Shown: one piece after another, positions 48,041 through 64,000 of the stretch | Numbering within the stretch: the stretch's first letter is position 1 | Layout of the letters: the number at the start of each line of letters is the position of its first letter | The notes under the pieces: generated by a model | What the model was told of the DNA's origin: nothing | Database searches by the model: none | What the model saw: the letters and a program-made list of their open reading frames with translations, nothing else | DNA from: the human T2T-CHM13v2.0 reference genome, Homo sapiens | Length of the DNA stretch: 64,000 nt | NCBI RefSeq assembly: GCF_009914755.1 | Contig: NC_060938.1 | Reading direction: 5' to 3' (one strand) | Made by a program: the position numbers and the translations under genes

Positions 48041-50036
48041 GGAATTATACAAGGGCAAGGGCTTGATTATCCTCCTGGTTATGTTGGTGAATAACAGAAA
48101 GCCAAGCTATGCCTTAAAGAGAATGTCAAGTGGCCAAATGAAATAAACCTAGAGGTTTCAGTCTCACCAATAGCTCTGTCTATTATCTCCCTCACTGCTT
48201 CCTTCAATATATGGGTCTACTTTTCACCAGCACTAAAGTCCTACAGATCAGTAACACTGCTGCAGAGCTGGTCCTCATCAGCCTCTTTATATATAATACT
48301 TTTATATTCCATTGCATGGGCACAGACCTATGCCTACTTATTCTGAGAGTGGAGCTTGGTAGTCTCACTAGTCTCACCTTCTCAGAAGTCTCTTAGCCTC
48401 ATAGGCAAACATACTTTAAGCACACACAGCAAAGTCTTCGCCTTCACAGTCCTGAAACAGTTATAATAGTGCCATTCTACCAGATTCAAAGTCTGATCAT
48501 TTTGAACCTTAGTGATGAGAATTTCTGCTTCAATCAAGTTGGGGATTCTGTAACGTTGGTCAGGGGGCTGGTGATATGGGCAAAGAAAGAGAGCTGAGAT
48601 CTCTTGCATGTTATTATATGTGCTTGTGTACATGTGTCCTGGGAATTAGGAGAAGAAGATGCGTTCTGAGTCTGTATCACATCGATCTTCTGTTTGTTAC
48701 CTTTGTTGTGCTATATCATTTCCAGGAGAAACTCAAGAAGTCTGTTGGGGGTAAGGGTGCATACAGTCAGCTGACCAGCATCACCCACAGGAAGGTTAGG
48801 GGCAAGTACTGCAAGCTGAAAGGATCCCTACAGATGGCCCCTTTCATCTGTATTACCCAAAACTCATGTTCTTTATGTGGACTTTCCAGCAATGACACTG
48901 ACAACAAAATAACCAAATAGCTCATGTATGCAGTAGGCCTGTCTTTTCAATTGGATTTGGAGTTGGTAATTTGATTTCATTTCAGTACTTGTCCAACTCT
49001 CTTTTAGTTACCAAGATCAAAGGGGACATCCTCACAGACTGATGGTAGATGCAATTTATAAAAGTGTAAACACATCAAGTTAAGATAATCTCTTAGAAAA
49101 ACAGGAAAACAACTAATTCCCAGCATACACCTGGCACATAGCTCAATAAATGTTAGCTCTCACAGGAAGAATATATATATGTCTCATTTCAAAATTCTTA
49201 AAGCAGCAAAAAACAGGATAGGAGGAAGTAGGGAGGGAAAATGCCTTTGAAGTTATATTAGTTATCAATCCAACAGAGAAAAAAGGAAAGGAGACAGGAA
49301 GAATGAAGAAAGGAATTGGAGAAAGAAAGAACAGGTTATGATTTCCATGAATCCAAACCTTTCCGTAATTATTGCAGAGATAAACTTCAAAGACTTGAGA
49401 ACTACAAGGGATATGAAAGTCCGTACTTCAGGTATGAAGTACAATTATGAAGACAGAATGTATATGAAGACATATACATTCACAAAGCCAGTATGGATAT
49501 ACCAAAGAAGTACAGGAATTCACCACATAAAGGAAGTATTAAGTCATGAATACACTTTGATCAAGGCAGAATGTTCAACTTTCTATTATCCCTCTGGTAC
49601 TGAGAAATGTCTTTGTAATTGTTGGGCAGGTATAAAACGTTTTAGCAGTCTAGACAAGCAGTCCCCAAAGTGGAACAGTAGACTTAAGGAGATACTCAAT
49701 TGATCCACTGGGGTATGGAAAGAAAATATTTTACAACTTCTATTTTTGTTCACTTTTTAACCCATCTTTTCAATGTTTCTACTTTTTATTTATTATGTTA
49801 CAAAACATTAACTAAAACACCTAGTATGTTTGTATGTTTATTAGTTTATTAGAATAAACTAATAAATTTATTAGTTTTAGTTTAATTTATTATTCTAATA
49901 AATTAGTTTATTAGAATAAACTAACACATTTATTCTAAATATATTAGAGGATCATGATTAAACCTTTGTAGAAACTTGATCAAACATGTGGAGAAAATGC
50001 TTAGTATACTAGGCATGTTTCAAATACTTAGCATGG

Positions 50037-50038
<2 letters not shown>

Positions 50039-50081
<43 letters not shown>
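50039..50081. repeat. (AC)n microsatellite, about 21 units
   Basis: Read directly. Confidence 0.95.
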
Positions 50082-50085
<4 letters not shown>

Positions 50086-50554
50086 TATCACCTCTTCCCT
50101 ATCCTTTGTAAGAGTAGGCTATTATAGCCAGAAAAATGGCCCTGGTTGTCAGTCCAAAGGGAAAGGTATTTTGGCAAATATGAAGGATCTGTTATTCCTT
50201 TAAACCTTTCTATTATTTGGGCAATAATTCAATCTTAAGTGCTCTAGCTCCCTGGTGACAATGGTAACAGCCTATCTTAGGCTTTGCCTGTTGCTTGGAC
50301 TTCAGCTAAATGTCGACTTTACTGCCATCCCTTCTTTATTTCTAGAAAGTCTTAAAACCAGCATTCCAATTCTGCACAAATTCTAAAACTGATTTAAACA
50401 AACAACTGCTGGAGTTGCTGCCAGGGCCAAGGATCATGTTATCTCACATCAGAACACCAGTCCAGTCCCTTTCTTGGCTATACACTTGGTATCCAATAAA
50501 TATGCAGCAATGACAAAAAGAGGAGAGGTCAGTGAGATCTTGACCCATGCCAGG

Positions 50555-50924
50555 TGATATGGTTTGGCTGTGTCCCCATCCAAATCTCATCTTGACTTAT
50601 GGTTCCCATAATCCCCTCTTGTCATTGGAGGGACCTGGTGGCAGTTAACTGAATGATGGGGGCAAGTTACCCCTGTGCTGTTCTCATGATTGTGAGTTCT
50701 CATGAGGTCTGATGGTTTTATAAGGGGTTTTGCCCACTTTGCTTGGCACTTCTCCTTCCTGCCACCATGTGAAGAAGGATGTGTTTGGTTCCCCTTCCAT
50801 CATGTTTGTAAGTTTCCTGAGGCCTCCCCAACCCCGCAGAACTGTAAGTCAATTAAACCTCTTTCCTTTATAAATTACCCAGTCTTGGGCAGTTCTTTAT
50901 AGCAGTGTGACAGTGGACTAATAG
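50555..50924 (+). mobile_element. THE1-type (THE1D-like) MaLR solo LTR
   Basis: tgatatggtttggctgtgtcccc...caattaaacctctttcctttataaattacccagtcttgggcagttctttatagcag. Confidence 0.85.
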
Positions 50925-51322
50925 CACCACTACCTTTATAATAAGTGTCTTCTGAGTTGAATATTTGAAATCTTCTGTTGTTCAAGTAACAGGCTGAGAT
51001 TACTACTTTTGCCCTTAATAAATTCTTAAACCAACATGGTTCAGAGGGAAAGGACAAAGTCAACATAGTGAACAATACAGAGAGAAGGAATATTGTATTG
51101 CCTTCTCTGCATCCCTCCGCACTGATCTGGGTTACAACTTCACAATTGTCCTTTTGGGGACTCCCCCGTCTTGCTCAAGTCTTCATTGACTGTCAACCAA
51201 GGTGCACCATCCATGATGCATGTAATTCAAGCACAGTGAGGTTCTTTTTGGAAATCTTAAATGGACTGACTCAAGGGCAGGAAGATAGTGGGGGCTAAGT
51301 TATTCAGACGGTGGCACCCTAG

Positions 51323-51655
<333 letters not shown>

Positions 51656-51689
51656 GACTTGAGTCTTAAAGGTGCCAAGGTTCCTGGCC

Positions 51690-52150
51690 ATCTGTGGGAG
51701 ATAACAAAAATGGCCACAGATTCTTCCTCCTTCTCTATCTGTACTCTTGGGCAGCTGCCTCCCACTCCGACTCTGAGCTTGGCTATGTGATTTGCTTTAG
51801 TCGAGATTAAATACATATATCTTAAGCAGAGACTAGAAGAGTGCTTGTGCACTGGGGCTTGCCTTCTTTTGCTATACTTGGAACTCCAAGACCATAATGT
51901 GAGTGACCCTTCCAGGGGATGAATGACCATAGGGAGAATCAAGACATAGTAGCCAACTAGGCTACTCATGGGACTGCAGACCCATGAGTGGGCTGCTGAG
52001 GAGGTCAGCTGAGCCTAGCACAGGTAGGGGAATGCTCAAGCACTGACCAGATTGCTGATTTGCAGAATCATAAGCTAAACAAATGGTGGGTTTTTTTCTT
52101 CAGCTACTAAATTTTGAGGTGGTTGTAACACAGTAAAAGCTGATACACCA
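51690..52150 (+). mobile_element. MLT1-type LTR
   Basis: aaaaatggccacagattctt ... ggctatgtgatttgcttt ... gctactaaattttgaggtggttgtaacacag. Confidence 0.6.
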
Positions 52151-53223
52151 ACTTCCTGAAGCCTGGGTATTCAGTTTTTCTTTTGCTTCTGTAAGCTACT
52201 ATGTCTTCAGAATAAGTTATTTTCGCTCACAGTAAAATTGGCTTCTGTTACTTGCAATTCAAGCTCCTTAGCAGCCAGACAAGAGATAGATGAAAAGATC
52301 CTTGCAGCAACCATGGCAGATATAAATTCCTAGAACCTTCCAATCTTGTCTAACTATTGAGCAAAAATATTTCAGTTTTGTTATGCCTCTTTACTCTCCC
52401 TGATTCTTTCCACAAGGAGATAGGACAGTATTCTTATTGCTTAAGTAATATAAGACACATACTTCTGTAAGTTTGGAGAAAAGGAGTTTTAGGACCCTTA
52501 CCAGAAGAATTTCCATCTTTGGCCTAGGTCAACCTAGGCATAAACAGGTGGGAAGCAGACAGGACTTAACCGCATTGTCAAGTGGTTAAGAGCACGGACT
52601 ATGGCTCCATGCTGGTTCATCTCTTGGCTACTCTACTCCACCTACTAGCTCTGTGACCTTGTGTAAGTTACTTAAATGTACTAGGCCTCCATTCCCTCAA
52701 CTAAGGCCTATTGAGATAATAATAGTACTTACCTCTTACATTGTTGTGAGAACTGAGTTAATGTATATGAAGTATATATAGCAAACATTTTATTTTTGAT
52801 ATTATTATTATCATGATTATTCCTTAGAGTCCATGTATCCCTGGGGAAGATCCTGGAAAGAGACATCTGGAATTGTGGGGCCTTTGATAAAGTCATGGGA
52901 TGAAAGGTTTTATTTCTAGTCCTGGCTCTACCACAAACTCACTGAGGTCTAAGGCAAGCCTCTTTGTGCCATTTCCTCATGGGAACATGAAATAATCCTA
53001 ATCCCTGCCCTAGTTCACAGGGTCGTTTGGAAGCAAATATGAAATAACACATGTGAACATGCTTCTAAACATTCAAAAGTGCTCAACCACTGTATGGTAA
53101 GGCCTACAATTGCTATTCAGACATTGAGGTAATTCAAGGTTCCAAATCAATCCTGCATTCCTCATGCTGTTTAAGTGGGTGCCGGGTGGGCAGTTATTGC
53201 ATTTTAGAAATAGAAGATCATAG

Positions 53224-53667
<444 letters not shown>

Positions 53668-55938
53668 TCAACGATCTCCTAAATACCAAAAGAACTTCTG
53701 AGAAAGGAAATTAAATCAAGTAACCACAGAATAGGGGAAAGTGGAAAGGCTAGAACATTCTTGCACCTTTATATGTCCTGAAGTGGCAGATGCCACTCAA
53801 GTGACTTGTCCCCCACTGTCCTTAGGGCCATAGAGTTAAGTATTCTTTGCCTCCAATGAAAACGACTCAAGATTTAAGGCACATTGAATCTAAGGCATTC
53901 ACATATGAATTCATTTCAAAGCACATTGGTTTTACAGATGTTCAAGTCACCAAGTTCTAAAATAAATAAGTTTGTTTCTATAAATATCAAGAAATTAAAT
54001 TTCTTAATAACTTTAAGAAACTAGTTATATGTTAGAAAATTTGGAAGGTGCAGAAGCACATAAAAAGCACCTAAATCCTGCTGCTACCCCAGATAATCAA
54101 TGTCACCATCATAATGTGTGTTTCCTTCAAGCAGTCTTACTCTATGTACACATTCATAAACATACACAGTTCTAAAACATAAGGATTATTCTGCATATCC
54201 AGTTATAGAGCCTACATTTTTTCCGTAGTATTTTGGGATGAGAATTCTCATAGGACAATATTCAAAACAGGCAGTGTGGAAGACAGTAAGTACAGTAGTT
54301 GTTGGCAACATCTAACCAAGCTGTTAGTATGAGCATTGTGTATGCTAAAACAGTTTGGAGGGCAGGACATTAAATGTATTTAATTTTAGTACATATATGC
54401 AACGTCTGGCTGCCTCAGAGTGGGGAATACAGGATATGTGAAAAGTAATGAGAAAATGTGGTGCTAGATAGAGAACGATCAATGCTGATGATTTGTTTTA
54501 TGAAGTAAATTTGATTCCTGTTGACATTTAAAGTCAGGGACTTCAGTAGACAAAAATGAGGTAATGGGATCAAGACTTCTATTTTCAAATCTAAAGTTTC
54601 CTGCCTGGCTGTGACACACCATGAAATGTTGACAAACATGCTGCCCTCCACTCTAAAAATAGTAACCTTTGTATCCTTCATTGAGGGCATTTCCTAGGGA
54701 TAGGCTCGAACCCCCTTTGCAGCTAGACACACAGCAGACTGGCATATGTCTCTTTTTCTCTTTGTCTCTTTTTCTCTGCATATATGAGAGAAGTCAAGCA
54801 AAAGACATAAAGATGAACTGTCTCCCCACTCATAAGCAAAAACCTTACTTAACTGTAGGGCAGGTTGCACAATATAAAACACAGAGGGTTGCTTCCTCAA
54901 AGACTTTTTAAGAACATGTACTGTATAGCATAGGAATTTCTATGCTACTTCAAGAGCAGACTGTGGCAAATACACAAGTCAGCATGCATTTGATAAATGT
55001 TGATGGCAAATAAAGAACAAATACTCCCTAAAATATTTAGAGAGGAAGAATGTAACAATCCTATCTAAAACTTTCTTAAGATTTCTGATTAAGCTTGTGT
55101 AAGAGGAAATAAGCACATACCATCTTCAGCCACCTGGCAAAACTGAACCAAGGAAAAAGATCTTTATGGTATGAGTTTTTCTTTAAAGTATTTAATTTGG
55201 GGTTGGATTCTCTAACCCTACAGGGCCCTTGGGGACTTCCGGAGTGTGTCAGGCACTTTGGTGACTCCTGGAGTTGACTTCAGGTTTCAAGGCAGGAGAG
55301 GTAGCTGGAAGGACGGAAAGATAAAAATCTACCACCGCTGCCTCCAAGACAAGTAGTGGCCTGGCTGACCCTCACCAACCAGGTACTGTATGCCAGCTGG
55401 TCTGTCTAGAGCTATACCAAAATGATCTCATTTGATCTAGGAGACATCTGTATGAGGTAAGTCTCCATTACCTCTATTTTAGTAAGGGGGGACACTAAGG
55501 CACAGAGGTTAGGTGACATGGCCAAAGTTACAAAGCTAGTAAGAGGAAGAGCTAGGATCTGAACCCAAGAGGTCTGAGTTGGCAACCCTTAGTCTTAACC
55601 ACTCTGGTATACTGCAGCATTTGGACTGTAGCTCTACATTGTTAGAACTGTCCAATCTTGAGCAAATTTCTCAATTTCTGAGTCTGTTTCCTCACTTTTA
55701 AGGAGGATAATGATATTTCCTATGCCCCACAATAAGGTTGTGAGGACCAAATAAGACATGTGAATGCTACTGTAAAATATGGCATGCTATACGATTTAAA
55801 TTATTTTCATTATTACTGGTAAAAAATGACAAGGAGCACTTATTCATTCATTTTGAGGTTTGAGGTTTGTTTTGCTTCGTATAGTATAAAACTTTCTAAC
55901 TTTAATAATCAATAGAAAGTAATAAAAATAACTGGCCA

Positions 55939-56235
<297 letters not shown>

Positions 56236-57469
56236 AACTGATATTTATTGCCATGCACATTAAGTACTGAGAAAGAGGAGAAAACATTCCTTCTATCAGG
56301 AATCTGTAATTAGAAAGAAAAAAAGGAGTCAAATAGAGCTCCTTGTGGGGGCTCTATAATTCCAGCGATGAAGCCTATTCTAGATGCGGGTGCCCTTCCA
56401 GGAAGGAGAAATGAGCTATCAAGAAATTGTGAATCTCCAGATAATGACTTCCTGTTCCACAAAAACAAAGCACAGCAGCTGGAAATAACAGTCTATCTCC
56501 AATCCCTATTCCACATCCTAGGGCTGTCATCCACAGACTAGTCTGAGGGAGGCTTCCTCTAGCTCCAGGCCTCTAAAGCCTCAACTGCTTCAGATGGGGG
56601 GGGGGGAAATCACAGAATTTAAAAGCCAAACTTACTAAGAATTACCCCTGAGCAAAGTCACCCTGGACTCAGACTCCATCTGTTGCAAGTCATTAAATTC
56701 CCAAGCGCGGCTGAAATCCCTGATCTATATACCTCTGTCATGACACACACAATCTGTTGGTGTTTATTTTCCTGCTCTGGTAAGTTCCCAAGGAAGAGAA
56801 ACTACAGAAAAGCATGTTGAACAGAACCATGCTAGGAGTTTCATCCAGGAAACTGAAGTTGGGACAGATGAAAAAATGAGCACCTTCTAAAATTAAATGA
56901 TTAAAGGATCAACAGAGAAATCCTTAGTCACCCACCACGAAATGGTTTGTGAATATGTTGCTCTCAGAGATTTAAGAAACACCCATATCCAAGCAAGGTG
57001 AGTTGGATATAATTTTAGAAAGACTTGGTAGAAATGTGTTTGAAGTGTATTAATCTGTAATCTAATTAATTATATAGAATTTTAAAACTTTTTAAAACAC
57101 AATTCATCCATGTCACTAAAGAAATTTAGAAAATACAGACAAGAGAACGACATAAAAAGTACCCAAAGTCCCACCTCTACCACCAAAATAAGAGACATCT
57201 GTTTTGTTAAGAAGGTTGATAAAGGAAAAACTGAAAATAGCAACAGCCCAAAACACTCATAAGTTCTAGCCACATGGCTCAGATCAAGTGACACCAAACT
57301 GTATTTGGTACTAGAATCATGGTGGTCACTTTAAACCACATGCCTGGGCTTGTCTTAGGCAACTCTTCTGCATCCACCAGGAATATTGCAGAAGTTACCC
57401 ATACATGCACAGAATTAACGTGTTATACAAACATATATGTGAGACTATCTCAATAAAGGTAGAAAAAGT

Positions 57470-59230
57470 ATGGTAAAATTTAACTTACATTAACTGTAAT
57501 AGTAATACTATTATCACCATACTAAGAATGGAAGGGAACTTCCTCAACCTGATAAAGGGCATATACAAAAAGAAAACCCTCAGCTAACATCACAATGGTG
57601 AAATATTGAAAGTGTTCCTCCCAGTCTCACCTATTCAGCGTTGTAATGGAGTCCTTAGGCATTGCAACAAGGCAAGAAAAAGGAATAAAAAGTAAAAGAA
57701 AGAGGTTGAGCCCTGTGGCTAACTTATGAGCATTTTGGGCTGTTGCTGTTTTCAGTTTTTCCTTTATCAACCTTCTTAACAAAAGTAAAAATAATTGTAA
57801 AACTGAATACAGCAAGTCCTCAGGATACAAAGTCATTCTTTAAAAACTCAATTATATATTAAAATACTAGTAACAAGTCAACTGGAAATAAGACCTCTAA
57901 AAATATTGTTTACTATAGCATAAAAATATCAACTACATAGAAGTAAACTTAATAAAAGATGTGTAAGGCCTCTTCACTGTTGAGAGAAGTTAAAGAAGGC
58001 CTAAATAAATGGAGAGATTTCATGTTCATGGATTTGAAAACTCAAAATTGTTAAGATGGAAAAAAAAATTTTTTTTTTTTTAAATTGATCTATAGAATCA
58101 ATATGATTCCAATAAAAACTCCCAGGCTTAAAAAAATTTTTTTGATAGTTGGTCAATTTCTATCAAAGCCTATCAATCACCAAGACAATCTCAAAGAAGA
58201 AAAATGTTGTAGGACTCAAAACTACCAAATTTCAAGATTGACTATAAAGTTTCAGTAATTAAGACAATCTCATAGGAAAGATAAATAAGTTAATGGAACA
58301 AAATGAAGAGTGTAGAAGTGGACCCACGCATGTAAAGTCACTTGAGTTTGGGCAAAGATGCCATGGAATTCAAGAAAAAAAGTTCTCAATAAAACATCCT
58401 GGAGCAACTAGATATCCATACAGAAAAAGTAGACCTTTACCCTTCCTTCTCTCTCTCTGTCTAAAAATTAATCTGAAAGGGATCACAGATCTACAAGAAA
58501 GCCAAAACTATAAAGCTTCTAGAGGAAAACATAGAAAAATATCTCCATGACCTTAGGGTAGGCAAAAATTTCTTAGGACACAAGAGGCGCTAACCATAAA
58601 AGAAAAAATATAAATAAATTGTACTTCATCAATTTATCAAGACATCAGTAAAAAAGTTAAAAGGCAAGCCACTGATAAAAGAATACATAACTCCCAGAAA
58701 TCAATAATAAAAATACAAACACCTCAGTAGGCCACAACGAAACTATATAAATGGCTAGATAGCACATGAAAAGGTGCTCAGCATCATCAGACACCAGGCA
58801 AGTACAAATTAAGCTATAATGAGATCCTAAATACTCCCATGATAATATCAAATGTGAACAAAGATGTGGAGCAACTAGGACTCTCATGCGTCATTGGTGA
58901 GAGTATAAAATGGTAAAATCACATTTAAAAATGGTTTGGCAGTTAAAAATGGTTTAAATGATAAATTTAAACATTCACCTACTTTATGACCCAACAATTC
59001 TACTCCTATGTTTGTTCTCAAGAGAAATGAAAAATATGTCTACAAATAGACTTGTTCAAGAATGTTCACAGCAGCTTTATTAATAATAGTGAAAACCTGG
59101 AAACACCCCAAATGCCTATCAATAGGAGAATGAATAAGCAAAGAGTATCATATTCATATCATAGAATACCACTATAGCAATAAAAATAAAATGACCATTT
59201 ATATATGCAACAACATGACGAATCTCATAA
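57470..59230 (+). mobile_element. Old L1M (MC/MD-like) 3' fragment
   Basis: gaagggaacttcctcaacctgataaagggcat, aaataaatggagagat..catgttcatggatt, tatgacccaacaattctactccta, aaacctggaaacaccccaaatgcc. Confidence 0.8.
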
Positions 59231-61239
59231 CCATTCTCTGAATCTCAGAAGTTACTATTGCACCATCATTTCTCCAGGTTTGATTCATTCATTTAATCTC
59301 ACACCAACCCCATAAGGAAGATATTTTTATCCTTCAGCTTTAATAATAGAAATAATTAATAGAGAAAAAATAATATCTAAGATTATATTCTCTCATTCAA
59401 TATTTATTGAACATACTCTATTTGTTACTAGGCAGTAAACCATGTCCGAAAAACATAATGTCAGCCAAAAAAGACACAAGATTTAAACTCAGTCCTTCCA
59501 CACTACACAACACTGCCAGGTCCTATGACAAGCTAAATGTAAAAGAAGGAATAAGACTTTGTCACTACCTTTAAGAAGTTCAGAGACTAGCAGAGGCAAC
59601 AGGCAAATAAACCAACAACCACAATACAGCAAAAGCAATTACAATACAACACAAAGTGTTCTTATGGGTATATAAAAAGTGCTGTGTGAACCCAAAAGAG
59701 GAAATGACCAGTAATTCTGCCTGGGATAGTTGAAGCCAAACTGGCAAAGGAGCTGACATTTCAGTTGGGTGATATACTAGCAGAGAGAATGTCTGAAGAC
59801 ATTGAGACAGAGTGGAACGTGCTCAAGATTTGGAAGTAAATACATCTGGTTGGGATGCCAGCTCAGTATTCACATTTGTGAAATGTGAATAATTACTCAA
59901 AAACTTGAAGGGTTGTTGTGAGAACTGGAAAAAATACATGTAAAGAACTGAGCCCATGCAGAGGAAACTCCATTTTTAGTAGCTTTTAGTTTTTGAACAA
60001 ATAACTGTTATTAGTCATATTGCCAATATACATCTCCTATTGTAGATGTGTCAATCTCCAGAAATGCTTGCTTCTCAATACAATAATATTAAGTTTCTGA
60101 GGCTAAACAGCTTAAGCCTAGATCTTAAGCCCATGGTGATTTGCTAGCTTTGACCTCCCTCCTCACTTGAATATGACTCAAGCCCCAATGCATAACATGA
60201 CACTGTGCACTGAGGGCAGTTGGCTGTCCCAATCAGAGTGGTTTATTAGAAGGCTGGAGGCGAGGACACAAAAACATCAGGACTAATGGGAGTAGTAGCC
60301 ACTCTGGACTGTGCCTGTCTGTGGAAAACCATTTAGAACAGCATTTGTAAGCATGCACCATATCAGCTGCCCCTCTGTGCCCAGCTTACAGCAATACTCA
60401 CTTTAATCAGCATCAGATACCCCTATCTGTCTACAAATTTCTGGAACAGAGGCTAACAATAAGTGTTAAAGTAGTCTAAGAGAGACAGTCTAATAAAGAA
60501 GGCCCAAAATGGCAGAACTTTCTCAATACACACAGGCTCTTCCTGTAGTGATGGAAAGTCTCACTTGGATCCAAGATTTTAATATAGATAACGAAATAGG
60601 CTCAGTATCCCTTCGGATGGTGCAGCAGGTTAGTGCTTCTGAATGTTAAAGCATTTATGCAACAACTCAGAAAGTGTTTGCAAGGCTGACTGGTTCTATA
60701 CTGACATTTCTAGTCAAACTACACTCATTAAAGTAAGAGAATGACCATGGTGTCAGAATCCATAGTGGCAACTTCTGCTAATACACAGCTTTGCATATAA
60801 AGTTGATTGCAGGACAAACTGATACAGAGGGTGTTTACATCATTTAATCATCAGAGAGGACACTGCAAATGTCTCCACAAGGAATACAGCATGTCAAGAG
60901 ACAGCGGACTTGTGCTGTGCCACAAACAGGCTGTAGGGGACAGTGGGAAAATTATATAAGATCTGTAAGCCTCAGGTCCCTCACCTATCAAATGGGATAA
61001 CGATGCCCTGCAGGATGTTGTGAGAATTACAGATGATGTGGGCAAGTACCTGACATGGTGCCGTACACAGAATGAACACTTAATGATTGTTTCTGCTATA
61101 ATTAATGTAAGGCACTGCCATCTATAGTTTGGAGGGGCAGGAACAAGTAGAAAAATATTTGCTGAGTTGATTGCTTTTGTTAAATGGCTGTTAGACTGAT
61201 TATATGGAATGGAGTTCAGTGAGGGTGTACATGTGTGGG

Positions 61240-61265
61240 GTGTGTGTGTGTGTGTGTGTGTGTGT
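61240..61265. repeat. (TG)n microsatellite
   Basis: Read directly. Confidence 0.95.
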
Positions 61266-62619
61266 AAAAGAGATAATGAATACAAATGAGAATGAGAATA
61301 AGAAAATGTGTACTGGGTGAGCAGAGGATAAGCAGAGAGAAAGAAGGGAAGAGACGGGGAAAAGTAGCTTTCAGAAGAAACATGTCTACCTTGTTAGTAG
61401 ACCAAAATATTTGAAGGGCAAGCCTTCAATGTGTTATGTTGTTTTACTTTTACTCTGCTTTTAGTCATTATTATATGCTCCATCAGAGCCTGACACACAG
61501 CAGGCACTCAGTAAATATTTACTAAGTGCACACCTGGATCAAGCATTGTGCACACTTGCAGGTGTGGCTATGACTAAGCACAGAAAAAGGAAACCAACAG
61601 TGGTGGTGTGGGACAAGTGTCAAGCAGTGGCCCTGACAGGCAGAAGTGCCCTTTGCCCCAGTGGCTGAGTCATTGCGCCACCACAGTGACACACTGAAAC
61701 AGGTTCCATTCACAACATCAATAATGACATGAGGTCATTCTTCCAACAAAGCAATGAACCCCAGAGAGAGGCTCCAAATCTTAACACAGGAAGGGTCTGC
61801 TTCCGTTTGTCACCCTCTTCCTCAGTGAGCAGATCAGGTACATGAAATATTTTACTGTCCCATCCTGGACTGGATTTTGCCTTCATTAACCCTATGACAA
61901 CCCAAGGGGAGGTATATTTACAGTTTATATGTGAGGAAAATGAAACTCATAGAGCTTACATAACATGCCTATGGTCAAATATCAACCAGGTTTCGAAACC
62001 AATGCCCTTTTAACCTCCTTGAAGTAGAACGCATATACAGAAAAGTGCACATATCGTAGCTCCATATATTTTCACAGTTGAGCACATGCATGTAACCAGC
62101 ACCCAGATCAAGAAACAATTGCCTTTGTGCTCCTGACCAACCTCTTCCCCGACCGTGAATAATGACTATCCTGACTTTTAACAACGGCATGAGTTTTGCC
62201 CAGAACACTCTAAACTACAGTAATCACTCCTTCCACCAAATTCCTCTGATTTTCTTATCGGCATCGCTCATTTGGAATTTCCCAATACTCTCTTGTAGAG
62301 TCAAATAGTTGTTCTTTTACGTATCTCATCTTTCTAATTATGATTAAAACCTCCTTGAGACCAGGGTTTTGTACATTTTTAGATTCCCCCACACACCTAT
62401 TATGGAGGAGCCACTGTAAAGTGTATCTACTTAAGAGTTATTTTCTGGTTACTGTGTATCTGACACTGTTTCAAGCACTTTACGTGGATTATCTCCTTTG
62501 ATCCTTTCAACAACCCTGTGAGGTAGGTACTGCTCTTATCTCCCTCTTACAGATGACAAAACTAAAGCACAAAAAAGTTAAGTAACTTGCCCAAGCTCAC
62601 GCTGTTAGAGATGGAATCA

Positions 62620-62915
<296 letters not shown>

Positions 62916-62989
62916 GAAGGAAGGGAGGGAGGGATGGAATCAGGATTCAAACCCAGGCATTGTTACTTTAGCCTTTCTTGTTATTCTGT

Positions 62990-63960
62990 TTTTTTGGCAA
63001 ACTTTTTAAAAAGTATAAAATACACAGAAAATAACATAAATCATAAGTTTAAAGTTCAATAGCTTTTTACAAAGTGAAGACATGTAGGTAATTCACTATC
63101 TCAAAAGACAGATCCCCAGAAGACCCCTTTGTACCCCCTTCCTATCACTAACTACCTCTTCCCCCAGGGTAACAATTATTCTGACTCCTAACACCATACT
63201 GTAACGTGCTTGTTTTTGAACTTAGATAAATGAATTCATATAGTATGTTCTCTTTATGTTCATGAGATTCATTCATTTCATTACATGTGATGTGTTAGTT
63301 TGCATTTCTGCATCGTATTCAATTGTGTGAATGTGACACAATTTATCCATGTTAGTGTCGATGGACATTTGAGAGCTAGGCTTCTATGAATATTCTTGTA
63401 CATGCCTTTGATGCACACATGCTTGCTTCTGTCTTGGGTACTCAGGAGCAGAACTGCTCTCTCACTGGATATGCAAAGCGACTATGCCAATTTACACTCC
63501 CACCCACTGTGTATATGTGTTCTGGTTGTTCTACATTTTTACCAACACTGGATACTGCCTGTTATTTTCATTTGAGCTATGACGGTGGGTGTGTGGTGTG
63601 TTATATTGTGGATTTTACTGAACTTTCACTGATGAACACTGAAGGGGTATACCTTTTCATATGTTTATTGGCCATTTGGATAGCCTCCTTTGTGAAGTAC
63701 CTTTTCAAGGCTTTTGTCCATTGGGTGGTCTGCTGTCTTCTTGTTGATCTATAGAAGTTTTTTTTATATATTCAGGATTTGATTTCTTTGTTATTATGTA
63801 TTTATTGCAAATATCTCCTCCTCTTATGCTGCAGCTTGCCTTTAACTTTCTTAATGGTGGCTTTTGCTTAATAGACATTCTTAATTTACATGTGGTTTAA
63901 TTTATCAATTTTTTCCTTTATGGTTAGTCCCTTTTAAGTCTCGTTTAAGATATATTTTTA
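62990..63960 (-). mobile_element. Old L1M (ME/MD-like) 3' fragment
   Basis: gatggacattt, ccaatttacactcccacc, cttttcatatgtttattggccatttggatagcctcctttgtgaagt, attgcaaatatctcctc. Confidence 0.75.
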
Positions 63961-64000
63961 AGGGACTTACCTTATTAGAGATTGACTGGTGGGATTGTCA

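Noticed and set aside
49338-49703. 121-aa plus-strand ORF in unique DNA
   Set aside because: No recognisable homology, splice or promoter support; its length is compatible with chance in 64 kb.

Overview
Hominid, most likely human, genomic DNA containing the 3' part of STON2 (stonin 2) on the minus strand (from memory, chr14q31). Four coding segments are visible: a 1839-nt exon (36910-35072), a 203-nt exon (29047-28845) that can also read through its donor, and two alternative terminal exons. Together they give three different C-termini, followed by a long 3' UTR ending near 18.8 kb. Downstream lie a disrupted UNG processed pseudogene and an old L1M element, into which a DYNLL1 retrocopy with an intact 89-codon ORF and an SVA with a 3' transduction have inserted. 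The rest is intronic or intergenic and repeat-rich: about 27 Alus, a near full-length Tigger1 with nested insertions (including a BC200-like retrocopy), an LTR22 solo LTR, and THE1/MST/MLT1/MER21, MER30, Tigger3a, L1M and MIR copies. No prokaryotic-type system (CRISPR, operon) is present. The most interesting points are the three-way STON2 tail switch (CaaX-like CGVQ, PDZ-like TMV, hydrophobic tail), the Pro307/Ala851 haplotype, the intact DYNLL1 retro-ORF inside an L1 5' region, the SVA transduction, and two apparent local Alu-to-Alu sequence-copying events. All family, subfamily and reference-protein comparisons are from memory; no search was run.
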